Positions 62,372 through 64,000 of a stretch of DNA of 64,000 nt are shown here, piece by piece. The DNA is from Alphaproteobacteria bacterium (GTDB lineage Bacteria; Pseudomonadota; Alphaproteobacteria; CAAHEQ01; UBA3637). A program made the position numbers and the translations under genes. The notes beneath the pieces were generated by a model. That model did no database searches. It was not told the origin of the DNA and was given only the letters and a program-made list of their open reading frames with translations. The stretch is taken from NCBI GenBank assembly GCA_045631185.1, contig JAZQUH010000026.1, positions 12,624 to 76,623 of the forward strand, in the 5' to 3' direction. How positions within the stretch are numbered: the first letter of the stretch is position 1; every line of letters starts with the position of its first letter.

Positions 62372-63769
62372 ATGATGCAGGACACAGCGAATTTTCAGCT
62401 TGAATGGCAACAAATGTGCCAACAGCTGTCAGATCAGTTGAAAGATCTGGCTGTGATGCGTTGGATGTCCCGTGTGGTACCGGAATTGACCGATGGGAAT
62501 CGTTTGAATGTTTGGGCACCCAGCCCTTGCATTTGCGAATTGGTACAAATGCGATATGGTGAAGCGATTCGTGCATGGTGGCAAAATAAAATCCCCAATG
62601 CATCTGTCTTTGTCGGGATAAAAAAAATCGAATCAACACCTGTGGTGCAACCCATTATTTTAAACAAACCTTTGATTGCAACCCCTAAGGTGGAAAAACC
62701 AGCACCCGCAAAAGTTGTATCCACCTTTATTGAAGATGATATTTACAGCCAATTTTTGGATAAAACACATACCTTCGATTCGTTTGTGGTGGGGCCATCC
62801 AATGAATTTGCCTATGTGGCCGCCAAACAAATCGCCGATGATGATACCGTAGCCTTTAATCCTTTGTATTTACAGGCCGGTGTGGGGTTGGGTAAAACAC
62901 ACCTGATGCATGCCATTGCGTGGCGCATCAAAGAACAACACCCCGAAAAAACGGTCCTATATTTATCATCCGAACAGTTTTTACAACGATTCTTGCGCTC
63001 TTTGCAATCCAAGGACATGAACGGCTTTAAGGAATTGTTCCGAAATGTGGATGTGTTGTTGGTGGATGATATTCAATTTATCGTGGGTAAACAACGTACC
63101 CAGGAAGAATTTTTCCACACCTTTAATAATTTAATTGCACGGGGCAAAAAAATTATCTTGTCCGCCGATTCGGCCCCGATGGAACTGTGTGGGATTGAAG
63201 AAAGATTGCAAACACGAATCGCCCAAGGTTTGGTGGTAAATATTCAACCGGCCGCCTATGAATTACGATTGGGGATTTTAAATCAAAAATTAAAGCGTTT
63301 GGGGTCTGATTTGGATAAAGAAGTTTTATCTTTCTTGGCCAAAAACATTACCTCTAACGTGCGTGAATTGGAAGGCGCTTTAAAACGGTTGGTCGCCCAT
63401 CGTCAATTATTGGGCGGTGAAATCACTTTGGATTCAGCCAAACGTATTTTAAAGGATATTTTGCATACCATGGAACGTCAGGTGCGCGCCCCCGAAATTC
63501 AACAAACCGTGGCCGATTATTATCGTCTGACCTTGAAGGATTTACGTTCCACACGCCGTGATCGCGCCATTGCCCGTGCCCGTCAGATGGCCATGTATTT
63601 GACCAAGTTGATGACACCGATGGCTTTGCCCGATATTTCCAAGTTTTTTGAACGTGACCATACAACCGTTATGCATGCCGTCAAAACCATTGAAAATTTA
63701 TTGACCAGAGATAAACAACTGGCCCAAGATAAAGAAGCTTTGATGAATCAACTGAAAGCCATTAAATGA
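62372..63769 (+). CDS. dnaA: chromosomal replication initiator protein DnaA
   Basis: AAA+ Walker A GVGLGKTHLMHA, Walker B LLVDDIQF, C-terminal DNA-binding FERDHTTVMHAVKTIE. Confidence 0.95.
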   Translation: MMQDTANFQLEWQQMCQQLSDQLKDLAVMRWMSRVVPELTDGNRLNVWAPSPCICELVQMRYGEAIRAWWQNKIPNASVFVGIKKIESTPVVQPIILNKPLIATPKVEKPAPAKVVSTFIEDDIYSQFLDKTHTFDSFVVGPSNEFAYVAAKQIADDDTVAFNPLYLQAGVGLGKTHLMHAIAWRIKEQHPEKTVLYLSSEQFLQRFLRSLQSKDMNGFKELFRNVDVLLVDDIQFIVGKQRTQEEFFHTFNNLIARGKKIILSADSAPMELCGIEERLQTRIAQGLVVNIQPAAYELRLGILNQKLKRLGSDLDKEVLSFLAKNITSNVRELEGALKRLVAHRQLLGGEITLDSAKRILKDILHTMERQVRAPEIQQTVADYYRLTLKDLRSTRRDRAIARARQMAMYLTKLMTPMALPDISKFFERDHTTVMHAVKTIENLLTRDKQLAQDKEALMNQLKAIK

Positions 63770-64000
63770 TGTCACCTTTTCAAAATCCTTTTATGCTGGG
63801 CTTTGATGATTTAGAGGATTTATTGTTTCGTGTTTCCAAAGGGGCTGATTCTTTTCCACCATACAATGTGGAACAGATTGATGAAGATTTATTACGGATG
63901 AGTTTGGCCGTTGCCGGTTATTCAGAAGATGATTTGGATGTAACACAGGAAAACAATCAGCTGGTCATTCGTGGCCATCAAGAACATGATGAATCACGCC
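63766..64000 (+). CDS. Hsp20/IbpA family small heat-shock protein (3-prime end outside window)
   Basis: My translation: MMSPFQNPFMLGFDDLEDLLFRVSKGADSFPPYNVEQIDEDLLRMSLAVAGYSEDDLDVTQENNQLVIRG. This is the alpha-crystallin pattern PPYN...AVAGF/Y...L.I.G. Overlaps the dnaA stop. Confidence 0.8.
   Translation, partial: MMSPFQNPFMLGFDDLEDLLFRVSKGADSFPPYNVEQIDEDLLRMSLAVAGYSEDDLDVTQENNQLVIRGHQEHDESR

Noticed and set aside
1-64000. CRISPR arrays, rRNA genes, transposases, integrases, phage genes
   Set aside because: No regularly spaced short direct repeats, no rRNA-like sequence, and no ORF with DDE, tyrosine-recombinase or serine-recombinase motifs were seen. The repeat families present (R1, R2, PAS duplication, intragenic repeats) are described separately.

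Overview
AT-rich chromosomal segment. Gene content and order (DUF4167 protein, small coiled-coil gene plus zapA, M16 peptidase, rpoZ-spoT-acpS, rimP-nusA-infB, ybaB-recR, yebC-ruvC, dnaA-hsp20) suggest an alphaproteobacterium, and an ankyrin-repeat protein suggests a host-associated one; both are inference. No rRNA, CRISPR array, transposase or integrase was seen. The backbone is housekeeping, but six genes, together 13.1 kb or about one fifth of the window, encode one unusual family. Each has a type IV prepilin-like leader with Gly(-1) and Glu(+5) in the canonical spacing but Arg or Lys at +1. This is followed by a small pilin-like globular module and then very large cysteine-repeat extensions: CxxC / furin- or EGF-like modules, CC-doublet modules, C-type-lectin-like modules, a discoidin-like domain, and beta-helix-like Gly/Asn/Ser/Thr tracts. 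No pilus or type II secretion machinery lies in the window. Related cysteine modules also occur on a GDYXXLXY-domain protein and on a Sec-signal protein. That Sec-signal protein sits in a mosaic of repeat-bounded insertion modules next to tRNA-Leu(CAA). Other notable points:
- an in-frame fusion of an RND pump with its NodT-type outer-membrane lipoprotein
- a tandem duplication of a PAS-domain gene end around a 370 bp insert
- in-frame DNA repeats and a G8 tract inside the large pilin-like genes
- a divergent PyrD-like gene
- an RsbW-like / REC / PP2C fusion protein
All domain calls come from reading motifs by eye, without database searches. Repeat boundaries are approximate to a few nucleotides.
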